DNA of 64,000 nucleotides from an uncultured Acidobacteriaceae bacterium (GTDB lineage: Bacteria > Acidobacteriota > Terriglobia > Bryobacterales > Bryobacteraceae), in NCBI GenBank assembly GCA_963819405.1, contig CAWFWH010000016.1, positions 92,431-156,430 of the forward strand, read 5' to 3'. The notes under the pieces are model-generated. The model worked only from the letters and a program-made list of their open reading frames with translations, was not told the DNA's origin and ran no database searches. This document shows, in pieces, positions 12,656-22,533 of the stretch. The number at the start of each line of letters is the position of its first letter. The first letter of the stretch is position 1. A program made the position numbers and the translations under genes.

Positions 12656-13356
12656 TCAACGAACCGAGCCTAGAAGAGTCGTGCCGAGAAGCAGAAGGCT
12701 CGCGGGTTCGGGCACCGCTGTTTGTGAAAACGTGTCCTGCAGCAGGCTTAGGGTGGCGGCACCAGTGGTTCCCCCTGTTACGGCGATGTCCTTTTGAAAC
12801 TTGAACTGAACCCGTTGGAGTAAAGATCGAATCCGCGACTCTCTGCGTATTAGTCCCGCCGAAGTCAAACGTCATAACCTCGAGAGGACCGGGGGTGCAC
12901 GGCGCGGGCCCGCATCCATTTTCAGTCACGGTGGCAGACCCGTTCGGGAGAACGCCGGATATCTGGGCGAGGCCAAAATCCTCTATTTGCAGATTCGATC
13001 CGGTCACCACAGCCACCCTAAAACCGATATCGGCATGAGTGGTTTCGCCAGCGAGGGCATTGAATCCTGCATTGAATTGCAGACCGATATTTGCATCTAG
13101 CAGACTCGCACCGCTGCCAGTCGGGCCGAGGCGTGTTCCACCGTAACACCAGCAGCGGGTACGGCCAGAACGCTCCTCCAAAGGCGGAGCTTGTGTAAGT
13201 AAAGCCAGGAGAAAGAGATCTTTATCGCCCACTGAGCAACTGAAGCCTGCCGCGGTGTAAGTCGTGAGCGGAACGCCGTCCGGGCATGAGAGCACCCCAT
13301 GCGTGAGGCGCGATCGAGCCCGCTAAGATGAGACCGAGTATTGAGATTCTTTTCAT
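12656..13356 (-). pseudogene. PEP-CTERM domain secreted protein (frame-disrupted)
   Basis: ATG at 13356 with a GGAGGA Shine-Dalgarno 8 nt upstream. The signal peptide is MKRISILGLILAGSIAPHAWG. The body is in frame 12627-13295. The tail in frame 12656-12868 ends AVPEPASLLLLGTTLLGSVR-stop, which is a PEP-CTERM motif with a shortened basic tail. Confidence 0.7.
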
Positions 13357-13388
13357 CGTGGGTATCCTCCGAATCGCGTACCAAGCGA

Positions 13389-13403
13389 GCAATCAACTGG
13401 CCA
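13389..13403 (-). promoter_or_regulatory. Sigma-54 (-24/-12) promoter for the PEP-CTERM gene 13356-12656
   Basis: The minus strand reads TGGCCA-GTTGA-TTGCT, a near-perfect match to TGGCAC-N5-TTGCW with correct GG-N10-GC spacing. It sits 32 nt upstream of the ATG, and the Shine-Dalgarno falls inside the predicted leader. Confidence 0.6.
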
Positions 13404-13755
13404 TTTGGGGATCGATTTTCCGGCTAACAATCTACCCACACATTCGGCGACACTTAACCGTGACGTCCATTCTGTTCGCCTCCACTACTGCCCGAGAGTC
13501 TGGTCACGGCGTCCCAAAGTCCGGTCACGAATGCTAAACTCTCGACCGGCTAAGCCAAGAAGAAGCGGTACATCGATGAGGCGTTACCGATGTTAGTACT
13601 CACGTTTTCTTTGGTGAGGTAATTGCCCATAAAAAGTGACATTGAGATTGGGCAGCCTCGAAAAACATTGTGGGTTTTCCTAACTGCGTACGGTGGCCCA
13701 ATTTTAAGTCCCTCCTCTAGGGCAATGCGGCCGGGGCAAGCAGGACACTACTTTG

Positions 13756-16043
13756 ATGTCACACTTACGTTCGATATTAGCCTTTTCTCTAGCGCTCTCA
13801 ACATTTCTGCAGTCGGGCTGCGTTACACCCGAGCAACGAGAAGCTCGATTTCTCGCGCGCGGCAAACAACGCTTGCAGCAGAAGGATTACGGCAGAGCGG
13901 TTCTGGATTTCAGAAACGCTGCAAAAATCGAGCCGACGGACGATCAGGCCTATTACCAGCTCGGCTGGGCATTTCTTCAGGAACGTGACCTCAGGGATGC
14001 TGCTGTCGCCCTAAAGAAGGCTACTGAGCTGAACCCGCGAAACACGATGGCGCAGGTGAAACTAGCCGAGCTGATGGCCCTTGAGGGTGATGAGGACTGG
14101 GTCGAAAAGAGACGGCGGCGCGTATGAGAGATATTGTGAGCCGGATTCACCGGGTAATCCCGACGCTCTCACGGCCCTCGCCCTGTCAGAGTTGCGGTTT
14201 GGCAACGTCGAACTGGGCGAGCAACATCTGATGGAGGCCCTTCGGAGGTTTCCGCAAAACTTGCATACATGTAACAATGCTACTGGCCATCGTTAAGTTT
14301 GAAGCGCGTGATCTCGATGGCGCCGAGCAACCCTGAGGGACGCCGTCCGCCATGATCCGGGCTCCGCAGAAGCGGCACTCGGCTTGGCGCAGTTCTATAG
14401 CGTGAGGCGAAAATGGGCAGAAGCGCAGCAGCAATTTCGGAGTGCTCTGAAGCTGGATCCCAAGAACGGGATGGCTCTCGACAGATCTCAGCGGCAACGG
14501 CCACTTCGGGAACGGGCGGAAGGATCAGGCTGAGCAGACTTACCGAGCGGCTATGCCAGACAAACGATACCAGTACCACTACGCGGCGTACCTGTTCCAA
14601 AACGGTCAGCATGATGCGGCGATCGCAGAGTTTGCCAAGCTGGCGAGCCAGTATCCTAATGACCCAGGGACACTCATCCTCGGCTGGTTGCAGCATATAT
14701 CTGCTAGCGGGCTTGCAGGCCGATGCCGAAAAAGTCTTGGCGTCTGCTTTCAAGGCAAATCCGAAGGATGTAGATGCCCTCCTACAGCGCGCCGAACTCT
14801 TTTTGCAGGCCAGCAGGAACGCCCTCTCGGCCCGGAGAGATTTGCTGCAGGTTTTGCAAAATTCGCCCCACCTGCCCCTCGCCCATTATCTGCTGGCGGA
14901 GGCTCATAAGGCGCTGGGAGAGAACCAGCAGCAGAGACAGGAACTGGGGAACGCTTTGCGCCTGCAGCCGGATTTGCTTGGGGTCCGGATAGAGCTGGCC
15001 CAAGCGGATCTTGAAGCGGACCATGCCACGACGGCTCTGCAGCTGCTAAATGACGCGCCCCGAATCAACGACGCACGATTCCGTACATCGTGCAGCAGAA
15101 TGGGCACTTTTGGCCTGTGATGATTTCGAAGAACTGGCTAAAAGTCTAAAGCAAGGCTTAGTCCTCCGGAGAGTACCGGATCTTTTGTTACAGAGCGGAT
15201 GGTTGGAGCTAAAACGCCGTAACTACGCAGGCGCACGCTCGTATTTCTCAGCGGCCCTTGAGAGTAACCCCGATGACCTGCGGTAACTTGAAGGGCTGGC
15301 TCGGAGGTTATGTTGAACAGGGTCAGCCCTCCGTTGCATTCCAGAAAGTCCGGGAGTACGCAGCGCGAAGACCGAAATCGGCCCAGATTCAGGAGTATGT
15401 TGGAGAGCAGTTGCAGATAAGTGGAGACCGCGCCGTGGCACGCACGTTCTACAACGCGGCCAAGGCGGCAGACCCTGGGTACACACGTACATATCTGGCG
15501 CTGGCGCAATTGGATCTCATCGAGGGCCGTGCCGACGAGGCCCGTAAGGCAGTTTCCGGGCTAGCGTCCACTAGTAAGAACATACCGGCAGTTTTAATGC
15601 TGGGCGATATTGAAGCCGAAGCCGGCAACTACTCGACTGCGGTTGAACAGTACCGAAAGGTGCTGAAAGTCTCCCCAGGAAACGTTAGGGCGCTGAACGG
15701 TGCTGCATATTTGCTGGCTGAATATCAGAAGCAGCCCGACGAGGCATTGCCATATGCGCAGCGCGCTGCGGAACTCGCACCAGACGATCCTGCCGTCGAG
15801 GACACGGCTGGTTGGGTATTCTACCGTAAAGGCGTCTATGGCACAGCGGTTCAATACCTGAAAGCTGCAGCGGCAAAGAGCAATCAAGTGGCGATCAAAT
15901 ATCACCTCGCTATGGCGTATCTGAAAGCTGGACAAGTGCAGCAGGGCCGGGAAACCCTGGAAGCCGCGCTCAGGACCGATTCGAGCATCCCTGAGGCGGG
16001 CGTCGCCAAACAGATGTTCGCTGACGCAGGACGCCGCAAATAG
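13756..16043 (+). pseudogene. prsT: PrsT-like PEP-CTERM-system TPR-repeat lipoprotein, paralog 1 (frame-disrupted)
   Basis: MSHLRSILAFSLALSTFLQSGC carries a lipobox, followed by FLARGKQRLQQKDYGRAVLDFRNAAKIEPTDDQAYYQLG. The TPR body continues through pieces 13753-14127, 14081-14296, 14413-15120, 14553-14909, 15050-15286 and 15258-16043 in different frames. It is colinear with the intact paralogs at 19337-21655 and 39006-41264. Confidence 0.7.
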
Positions 16044-16083
16044 CCGAGTCCGCCGGCATATCACTTTGGCGGGGTCAGGGCAA

Positions 16084-16116
16084 GGTCCTGCAAAATCGCA
16101 GGACCCGCTCTTTCTC
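16084..16116 (+). terminator. Putative intrinsic terminator after prsT paralog 1
   Basis: GGTCCTGC-aaaatc-GCAGGACC is an 8-bp stem, followed by CGCTCTTTCTCG. It lies 40 nt after the stop at 16043. Confidence 0.45.
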
Positions 16117-16146
16117 GAATGGGGCGTGCAATCGCCGGTAGTGGGG

Positions 16147-16602
16147 TCATAGGATGGATATGAACGTTGCGTTTGGGCGGAGTAATCGGCGAAAAGCATC
16201 GCGGTCGTTCGGATCGCGTTCGGCCTGCTGTTTCCATCGAAACATTAGCCGTCTCCATGCCTCGCTACGTTGCAGAGCTTCAAAGCAATCCGTTGGAAGG
16301 TGCCCCTTCAAATCATTTAGCGCGTAGCAGACAATCTGGAATTCGCCTCGGTGATTGCCAGGGTCCTTGTGATCTACGGCTGGGGATAACGGATGACAGC
16401 CGAGGCCGCCCTTCAGTGGGGTGCGTTCTGCAACGTCAAACAACAATTCGACACCAGAGAGAGCGCAAAGACCAGCTTGTCGCAGCAGCAGCTCTCGCAA
16501 TCGGCGTCCGCCTACGCCTTGATGTGGTTTACGAAGCCATCGTTCATGCGATTCAGTTGGTTTGAACTCGTTCACGCGGCAATCAGTTCTTGTAAGCCCC
16601 AA
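16147..16602 (-). CDS. HNH-like endonuclease-domain protein (degenerate zinc ligands)
   Basis: LLLRQAGLCALSG ... AVDHKDPGNHRGEFQIVCYALNDLKGHLP fits the HNH pattern (Q.G.C..CG ... DH..P ... N ... C..CN..KG), but several Cys are replaced. The 5' end overlaps the last 31 nt of the IS1-like transposase ORF. The true start is uncertain. Confidence 0.45.
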   Translation of the reverse strand: MGLTRTDCRVNEFKPTESHERWLRKPHQGVGGRRLRELLLRQAGLCALSGVELLFDVAERTPLKGGLGCHPLSPAVDHKDPGNHRGEFQIVCYALNDLKGHLPTDCFEALQRSEAWRRLMFRWKQQAERDPNDRDAFRRLLRPNATFISIL

Positions 16603-17566
16603 ACATGGTCAGCGACTCCTGCGGCCATAGCGGGAGTAATCCGAAGTGCGGAATGGACCCTGCAAAAATTGTAATGGAAAAAATGGACCGCGAGTGCAGC
16701 GCTCAAATTACTCCACGATTTTGAAAACGCATAGGTTAAGCGAGTGAGCCGTTTGCACCACTGGCGCAGAGTTTCGTTCTTCCGCTCCACGTGCGAAGTA
16801 CCGGCGCGGTCTAGGTCCGGGTTATTCGTGATTGCATCCTTGGCAACCGATACGAACTTCGCCGGGCTATAACTCTCAGATACACGGTGTAGATGGGTCG
16901 AGAACATCTTGCCACTTGCGCGTGATTCGCGCGGTCGTACAGGCCAGCGTCAATCGCGGTTTCGTAGGGCTGAAACGCATCGGTACTGACATCGAACCAA
17001 CCCGGCGCGGTCGCCCATCGGATCTTCGAAACGAAGTCTTCGGTGTTGATGCGGTCGCGCTTACCGAGATGCCATGCAACTACTAGTTTTGAAGTCCTTT
17101 CCAGCGCGATGAATGTGTACGCATCACCGGCCATCCCTTGCTCGACACGTTGTGGCGTCAGGCGCTTTTGCTTGCAGCCAACGAAGGTCCAAACCTCATC
17201 CAGTTCCAAATCGCGGACGCGCACATTATGAATCTGTTCGGTCAAAAGCTGCTCACAGCGTTCACCGGCGAGCTTCAGGATGTTCAGCACGGTTCGCTTC
17301 TCCAAATCGCAAAGGCGAGCAGTTCCGCGCACGCTGGCTTCAAGGGTTCTATTGCAACGCCTACTCCCTTTCTCAAGCGGAAGATCAGGCGATCCACAGC
17401 GTCCGTTGGTCAAGGATTCGATGTTCTTCACGCAGGCAAATCTATACGGCTCGTAGTCAGGTCGCATAAAGGTAAATGGTTTGGACGAATCGTTAGCATA
17501 GATGGCACACCACTGACGGAAAAACAGGCAAACGCATACGAACCCAAGGAATGCGACGCCATACAC
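16572..17566 (-). mobile_element. IS1-family-like DDE transposase gene, frameshifted (no terminal inverted repeats identified)
   Basis: Piece 16811-17566 has an HTH region (SVRGTARLCDLEKRTVLNILKLAGERC) and a DDE region (LDEVWTFVGCK...DAYTFIALERTSKLVVAWHLGKRD...VSTDAFQPYETAI). Piece 16572-16907 is in another frame and reads SHVERKNETLRQWCKRLTRLTYAFSKSWSNLSAALAVHFFHYNFCRVHSALRITPAMAAGV, which is typical of IS1-type transposase C-termini. Confidence 0.65.
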
Positions 17567-17708
17567 GAAGCTTTAGAAGACGCCCGCGATAGTGCACGAC
17601 AAATCGTTGACAGTTCGCTTTAGCCGACCCAGTGCCCAAGCTTTTGCTTGTGTTCTTGTCGTCGCACATCATCTCCACGCTATGACCCCACTACCCAATC
17701 GCCTTGCT

Positions 17709-19079
17709 TCACCGGCGCGCCGAGGGCGACCAGCTTAAGCCGACCATCACCCCGTTCACGACAAGATTCGGCCCTTGGGAGATCAGCGCCTCCGGAAATT
17801 GCACATAGCTGTAAGAAGCATTCATAAACAACTGCGACGAGAGTTTCTTCGAGAGGCCGGCGTTCGCCGTCCAACTAGTCGTGTTGAGGGACGTAGGAGA
17901 TGTTGGGCGGGTCAGCTGAGAATATCCAAAGCCACCGGAGACCGAAATACTCGAGCCCGTCGGGCTCCACGTCCAGCCTCCGGTGCTGCTGCGGGTCGAG
18001 GACGCTCCCAAACCATAGGAGTCGGAGATCGTTTGCGTGTACGAGCCGAGAAGCGTCTGGGCCTTGAATTTATAGGCAACAGTGCCGCCGAAATCCGGCG
18101 CGGGGCCCGGCGACGTGGCAAACATCTGGTGCACAGGTTTGACGAATCCGGCCCCAAAAAACGCGTCCACAAACCACCGCGTGCTCAGGGTGCGGCCAAT
18201 GGAGGCCGCGATCGCGGTCGCGTACGCATCGGCAAATCTGGACAGGGATCGACTCGAGGATAAGTTGACACTGGCGGTGGTCCGCGGCGTCACTGCGTAA
18301 GACCATCCAATGGTGGCGCCTGCCATGTTGCTCACCGGTATTAGAGCAGCCGGCCCAAGGGTCGATCCGCTGCTACCAGCATTCGAGAATTGTGTGTGCG
18401 ACACCTGCATTGAAGCACTGAACGTTGATCGCGTGGATTGCGCGTAACCGAGCGAGACACTTGCGGCAGTGCTCAATATACGGCCGCCGTATAAGAATGC
18501 GGTCTGCGGTGACCCATTCACGGGTGCCAGCGCAAGGATCTGTGATAATCCCGTATTGCTGGATTGTCCGGTCAGCAATCCCGAGACAAGTTCATCAAAA
18601 GAAGCCGAAATACCGGAGAGACTGCCAAACTGCGTAGGAGCAAACAGAAGCTGATTAAAATCGCTCATGAGCCCCTGAAAAGAAGCCGCCATGGTCAATT
18701 TTGAACTCAGTCTCCGTGTAGCCGACACGCCGAGGGACTGATTGAAAGAGTGGTAGTTCGATATCTGGAACTGCCGCACAAAAGACGGAGAATAGGTGAC
18801 GGAGAATGTGGACTTTTCGCCTCGCTTCGACCAGCCAAACGAAGCCCCGGCCTCTAACATCGTGGCCGACGTGCTCGACGAGCCCAGCGAAGGAAAACCC
18901 GATCCGGAAGCACTCGGGAAGGATTGGGAGAAAGAAGCACTCGGGAAGGATTGCGAAAAATATGAAGAAGAGACGGTCACATTGGATACGCGGATACCCG
19001 CGCTATTCGGGTTCGCTGGATTGAGCACCTCCGGAATAGCACTTTGTCCAAAGCTGTCGCCCGGGAAAAGCGCGCTCAC
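17709..19079 (-). CDS. Putative outer-membrane beta-barrel protein of the PEP-CTERM/EPS locus
   Basis: 456-aa Ser/Thr/Gly-rich protein with alternating amphipathic strands (TFSVTYSPSFVRQF, SVSLGYAQS, GTVAYKFKAQTLLGSYTQT, NASYSYVQF). It lies directly downstream of prsT on the same strand. The listed start has no signal peptide. A candidate MKMWQAVSATST start at 19128 is in another frame, so the 5' end is uncertain and may be frameshifted. Confidence 0.6.
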   Translation of the reverse strand: MSALFPGDSFGQSAIPEVLNPANPNSAGIRVSNVTVSSSYFSQSFPSASFSQSFPSASGSGFPSLGSSSTSATMLEAGASFGWSKRGEKSTFSVTYSPSFVRQFQISNYHSFNQSLGVSATRRLSSKLTMAASFQGLMSDFNQLLFAPTQFGSLSGISASFDELVSGLLTGQSSNTGLSQILALAPVNGSPQTAFLYGGRILSTAASVSLGYAQSTRSTFSASMQVSHTQFSNAGSSGSTLGPAALIPVSNMAGATIGWSYAVTPRTTASVNLSSSRSLSRFADAYATAIAASIGRTLSTRWFVDAFFGAGFVKPVHQMFATSPGPAPDFGGTVAYKFKAQTLLGSYTQTISDSYGLGASSTRSSTGGWTWSPTGSSISVSGGFGYSQLTRPTSPTSLNTTSWTANAGLSKKLSSQLFMNASYSYVQFPEALISQGPNLVVNGVMVGLSWSPSARR

Positions 19080-19298
19080 GAGTAGAAGTCGCCGATACCG
19101 CTTGCCACATTTTCATGCCGTTCGCCAATGAAACCATGAAGACGCACGTTTCGGTCCACGCTGTGGCGGTGCGCGTTTTCAGTTACTTCGCTCGACGAAC
19201 GAGCGTCGAAGCCCAAGTTTTTGCACTTAGAGAAAGTGTTTTTCCTCTATGGCCGTTTTTCCGGCGTTATGGGGATAGGGATAGGGACGGAGGAGTAA

Positions 19299-19329
19299 AG
19301 CGGGGGTGACCGTCGACGATCGCCCCGCT
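19299..19329 (-). terminator. GC-rich hairpin between prsT paralog 2 and the beta-barrel gene (weak terminator or attenuator)
   Basis: AGCGGGG-N17-CCCCGCT is a 7-bp stem beginning 8 nt after the prsT stop. It is followed on the minus strand by TTACTCC, a poor U-tract. Confidence 0.3.
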
Positions 19330-19336
19330 GCGCCAA

Positions 19337-21655
19337 TTACGCGGGACCGCTATTGTGAAGCAGCCGCCGCGCCAGTTCCGCTTCAGGCAGGCTCGAATTC
19401 ATCTGTAGCGCGCTCGCCAATGACTTCACTCCCAGGTTGCGATTTCCGTCCTTGAGGTACGCCATGCCAAGATGATATTTCCGGACGATGGCTCCCTCGC
19501 TTGTAGCCGAACCATCCCTTTGGCTCGCGTCTTTCAAGTAGCGCAAGCTGCTCTCGTAGGCTCCTTTTCGATACAGCACCCAGCCCAGCGTTCCTTCGAT
19601 ATCGGCATTCCCCGGCGCAAGTTCCAAGGCCCGTTGCGCAGCGTTGAGAGCCTCGTCCACTTGACCGCTCTGCGTTACGAGCAGGTAGGCAAGATTATTC
19701 AGCGCGATGATGTTCTGAGGACTCATTGCAAGCACTTTGCGGTAACCGTCAATCGCGGCGGGATAATTCCGCATTCGATCATCGATGTTTGCAAGCCAAA
19801 GTTGAGCGGAGATCTGATAGCCGCCGCGCTTCGCTAGCTCCGCGAAACGCTTGCGCGCTTCATCCATCTTTCCTTCATTGGCTTCGAGTTGAGCGAGTTG
19901 AAAGTCAGCCTCCGCCAAATTCGGATCGGCTGCCTTCGCCGCCAAGAACGCATTTTTTGCGCCCGCCCGGTCGCCGGTTTTCAAAAGCCACCGACCTAAG
20001 ATCAATTGCGGTTGGGCCGAGTGCGGCCGCCTCTCCGCATACTCCCGCAATTCCTTCGAAGCCAGCGAGGCGTGTCCCTCCAGAAGGTACGTCTGCGCAA
20101 CTGCCCACAGTAGCCGAGCGTCTTCCGGCGACCGCCGCAGCCCCTCATTCAGTGCGGCCCGCGCGCCCGAATAATCTTTGGCCTGCATTTTCACGAGGCC
20201 ACTCTGTAGCAGAAGATCCGGAAGCCGGCTCCTCGCAAGCCCTTGTTGGATCGCTTTATCGAGGTCGGCCCGATCTCCCGAAAGCAGCAGCGCCCAGTTT
20301 CGCTCGACGCTCCACTGCAACTCCTCTTTCTGTTGCTTCGGAGCTTGGTTGAGAACCTCCAATGCAGCGCCCGCTGCGTTTCCAGAAATCAAGTTCCGGG
20401 CCAATTCCAGACGTGCTTCGAGCTGATTGGGGTTGATCCGCAACGCCTCAGTCAATTCCTGTCTCTGCTGTAACGTTTGGCCGCGAGCTTGATGCACTCT
20501 TGACAAGAGCGCATGAGCGGCGTCCGAGTCGGGCCGGAGTGCCAATACTTGCAGCAGTTTCTGCTCTGCGTCATCGTACTTCCCGGCGTTCAGAAGAATG
20601 GCGCTGTAAAGAATCAGCGCGTCCGCATCGTTCGGATTCGTCTTCAGCGCCTTCGCCATGATCTGTTCGGCTTCGGGCTGCCGATTGCCCAGAAGGCAAG
20701 CCATCACCAGCTGGTTTCGCCTCTCCCGATCCTGCGGGTCCGCTTTCGCCAGCTCCTCAAGCTCGCTAATCGCTTCGCCGTACCTCTTTTGCGTCATCAG
20801 ATAACCCACATAGATGCGCTTATATTTTGGATCGCGAAGTAGAGACACCTGGCGGTAGGTCTGGTCCATCTCCTTGGCATGCCCCTGTTCGCCCTGCGCC
20901 GCAGCCAACCCGAGCAGAGCCACCCCATTTTGAGGCTGCAAGTGAAGCACGCTGCGGAACTGTTCTTCCGCGTTCGCCCCGCGCTGCGCCGAGAGGTAAA
21001 AATCAGCTAACGCCAATTTAGCCTCCGGCGATTGAGGAGACTGGGCCATGGCATTCTTTAGGATCTCCTCCGCTTTGGCGGTGTGTTCCTGTGATGCTTC
21101 CAATTTCGCCAGCGCTACTGAGGATTTCAGATGATCCGGAAACTGCTGAATCGCCTGTGAGAGAGTCTCCCGAGCGGCGCGCGCATCGCCTAAGCGGAAC
21201 TGCGTCATTGCCAGCGCATCTAGAGCATCAGCAGTCGGAGTCGACTCGCGGAGTAAGCTCCGTATGCGGGCGCGGGCACTCTCAGTCATCTCCCTGTTGC
21301 CGCTTGCGGCGGTCAGCTCCGCCAGCTTAATTTGCGCTCCGGCGTGATGAGGATTCAGTTGCTTCGCGTTCGTGAAGGCGTTGAAAGCGCCATTCAGATC
21401 TCGGGATCCAAGATACGCCAAGCCAAGCTGATAATAGGGCTCCGCATCGGAAGGTGCGGCGCGAACTGCATTACGGAATTCCAGAGTCGCCCGGGCAGAG
21501 TCCTGCTTTGCCAGGAGCGCTTTTCCGCGTTCCATAAACTGGGCCTCTTTTTGCTGAGGCGAACGGCCGCAGCCGCAAACAAACAGGATCACGGAGAGAA
21601 TCGCTGCGAGGAGAACCGCAGACGTAGAATCGCCGAATAAAAGAACCCTATTCAC
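19337..21655 (-). CDS. prsT: PrsT-like PEP-CTERM-system TPR-repeat lipoprotein, paralog 2 (intact)
   Basis: A GTG at 21655 gives VNRVLLFGDSTSAVLLAAILSVILFVCGCG (lipobox). It is followed by FMERGKALLAKQDSARATLEFRNAVRAAPSDAEPYYQLG and about 750 aa of TPR repeats. The longer ORF reaching 22000 is an artefact that reads through the upstream PEP-CTERM tail. Confidence 0.8.
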   Translation of the reverse strand: MNRVLLFGDSTSAVLLAAILSVILFVCGCGRSPQQKEAQFMERGKALLAKQDSARATLEFRNAVRAAPSDAEPYYQLGLAYLGSRDLNGAFNAFTNAKQLNPHHAGAQIKLAELTAASGNREMTESARARIRSLLRESTPTADALDALAMTQFRLGDARAARETLSQAIQQFPDHLKSSVALAKLEASQEHTAKAEEILKNAMAQSPQSPEAKLALADFYLSAQRGANAEEQFRSVLHLQPQNGVALLGLAAAQGEQGHAKEMDQTYRQVSLLRDPKYKRIYVGYLMTQKRYGEAISELEELAKADPQDRERRNQLVMACLLGNRQPEAEQIMAKALKTNPNDADALILYSAILLNAGKYDDAEQKLLQVLALRPDSDAAHALLSRVHQARGQTLQQRQELTEALRINPNQLEARLELARNLISGNAAGAALEVLNQAPKQQKEELQWSVERNWALLLSGDRADLDKAIQQGLARSRLPDLLLQSGLVKMQAKDYSGARAALNEGLRRSPEDARLLWAVAQTYLLEGHASLASKELREYAERRPHSAQPQLILGRWLLKTGDRAGAKNAFLAAKAADPNLAEADFQLAQLEANEGKMDEARKRFAELAKRGGYQISAQLWLANIDDRMRNYPAAIDGYRKVLAMSPQNIIALNNLAYLLVTQSGQVDEALNAAQRALELAPGNADIEGTLGWVLYRKGAYESSLRYLKDASQRDGSATSEGAIVRKYHLGMAYLKDGNRNLGVKSLASALQMNSSLPEAELARRLLHNSGPA

Positions 21656-21751
21656 ACGAAAAACGGCCGGGCATCGTTTCGCGATCGCCCAGCCGTTCCT
21701 TGTCAACTGGCGCGTATATACGCTTTGAGTTCTGTACTCTGAGATTCTGTC

Positions 21752-22518
21752 GCGGCTCTTTTTGCGAAGCCCTACAACAGGAGGAAGGAAACCGTCGCCG
21801 AGCAAAATAACCGAGTCTGGCTCTGGCACCGGGCGAGCTGGGACCATTCTTGCTGGCAAAGCCGCTCTGCGTCCAGACGCTTGTGTAGTCGCTGCCGCAA
21901 GCAGTGCCGCCGCAGCCCCAACCCAAAGCGATCGTCCCCTTCGGAATCCCGGAGCCAAAGGTGATGTCGAGCAGCCCGTGATTGCCGAAGCTGCCGGCAT
22001 ATGAATGCCAGATTATACGCATATAGAGCGTAGCCGCCGGTTTGAGTTATGCCGTCCTTGGTTTCCGCTGCGTCATAGTTCGAGGTCTGCTCCGAATTGC
22101 TGATCCCCGGCATGGCTGATAGCAGGACAGCATTCACTTTCCCACTGTTCAATTGAGTAGGTCCGCTCGGCGTGATGTTGAGACCTGTGTGGGAAGTCCC
22201 TGCTCCCGCACTAATGTTTCGGCTGCCGTTGACATTGCCGACGTTCGTGTAGGCCGTAACGCCTGTGATATCTGGCGGCGTAGCGGGAGGATTCACGAAT
22301 CCCAAAATCAGGTCGAGGTGAGTGAAGCTATCGCTGCCACTGTGATCATAGAAGGCGAGCTGATTTGTGGAACCTAAATCCGTCGCTTCACCGCCCACGT
22401 AGCCCGGGGTGAAGTTGAACGTATTCGCCCCCGTCACGGTCCCCACCCACAGGCTCTGAGCCGAACAAGCAGTGGAAACCGCAATGGCGCTCAAGAGCAC
22501 AACAACAGCTTTGATCAT
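21752..22518 (-). pseudogene. PEP-CTERM domain secreted protein (frame-disrupted; no in-frame stop before prsT)
   Basis: The signal peptide is (MRSH)MIKAVVVLLSAIAVSTACSAQS, with ATG at 22518 or 22530. The body is split between frames 21772-22782 and 21648-22022. The tail VPEPDSVILLGDGFLPPVVGLRKKSR (21752-21830) lies in the prsT frame. Confidence 0.6.
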
Positions 22519-22533
22519 ATGCGACCTCATCAA

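Noticed and set aside
21656-22000. N-terminal 115-codon extension of the prsT ORF (the ORF track starts at 22000)
   Set aside because: The extension is the out-of-context tail of the upstream PEP-CTERM gene read in the same frame. The lipoprotein signal begins at the GTG at 21655, matching the other two PrsT paralogs.
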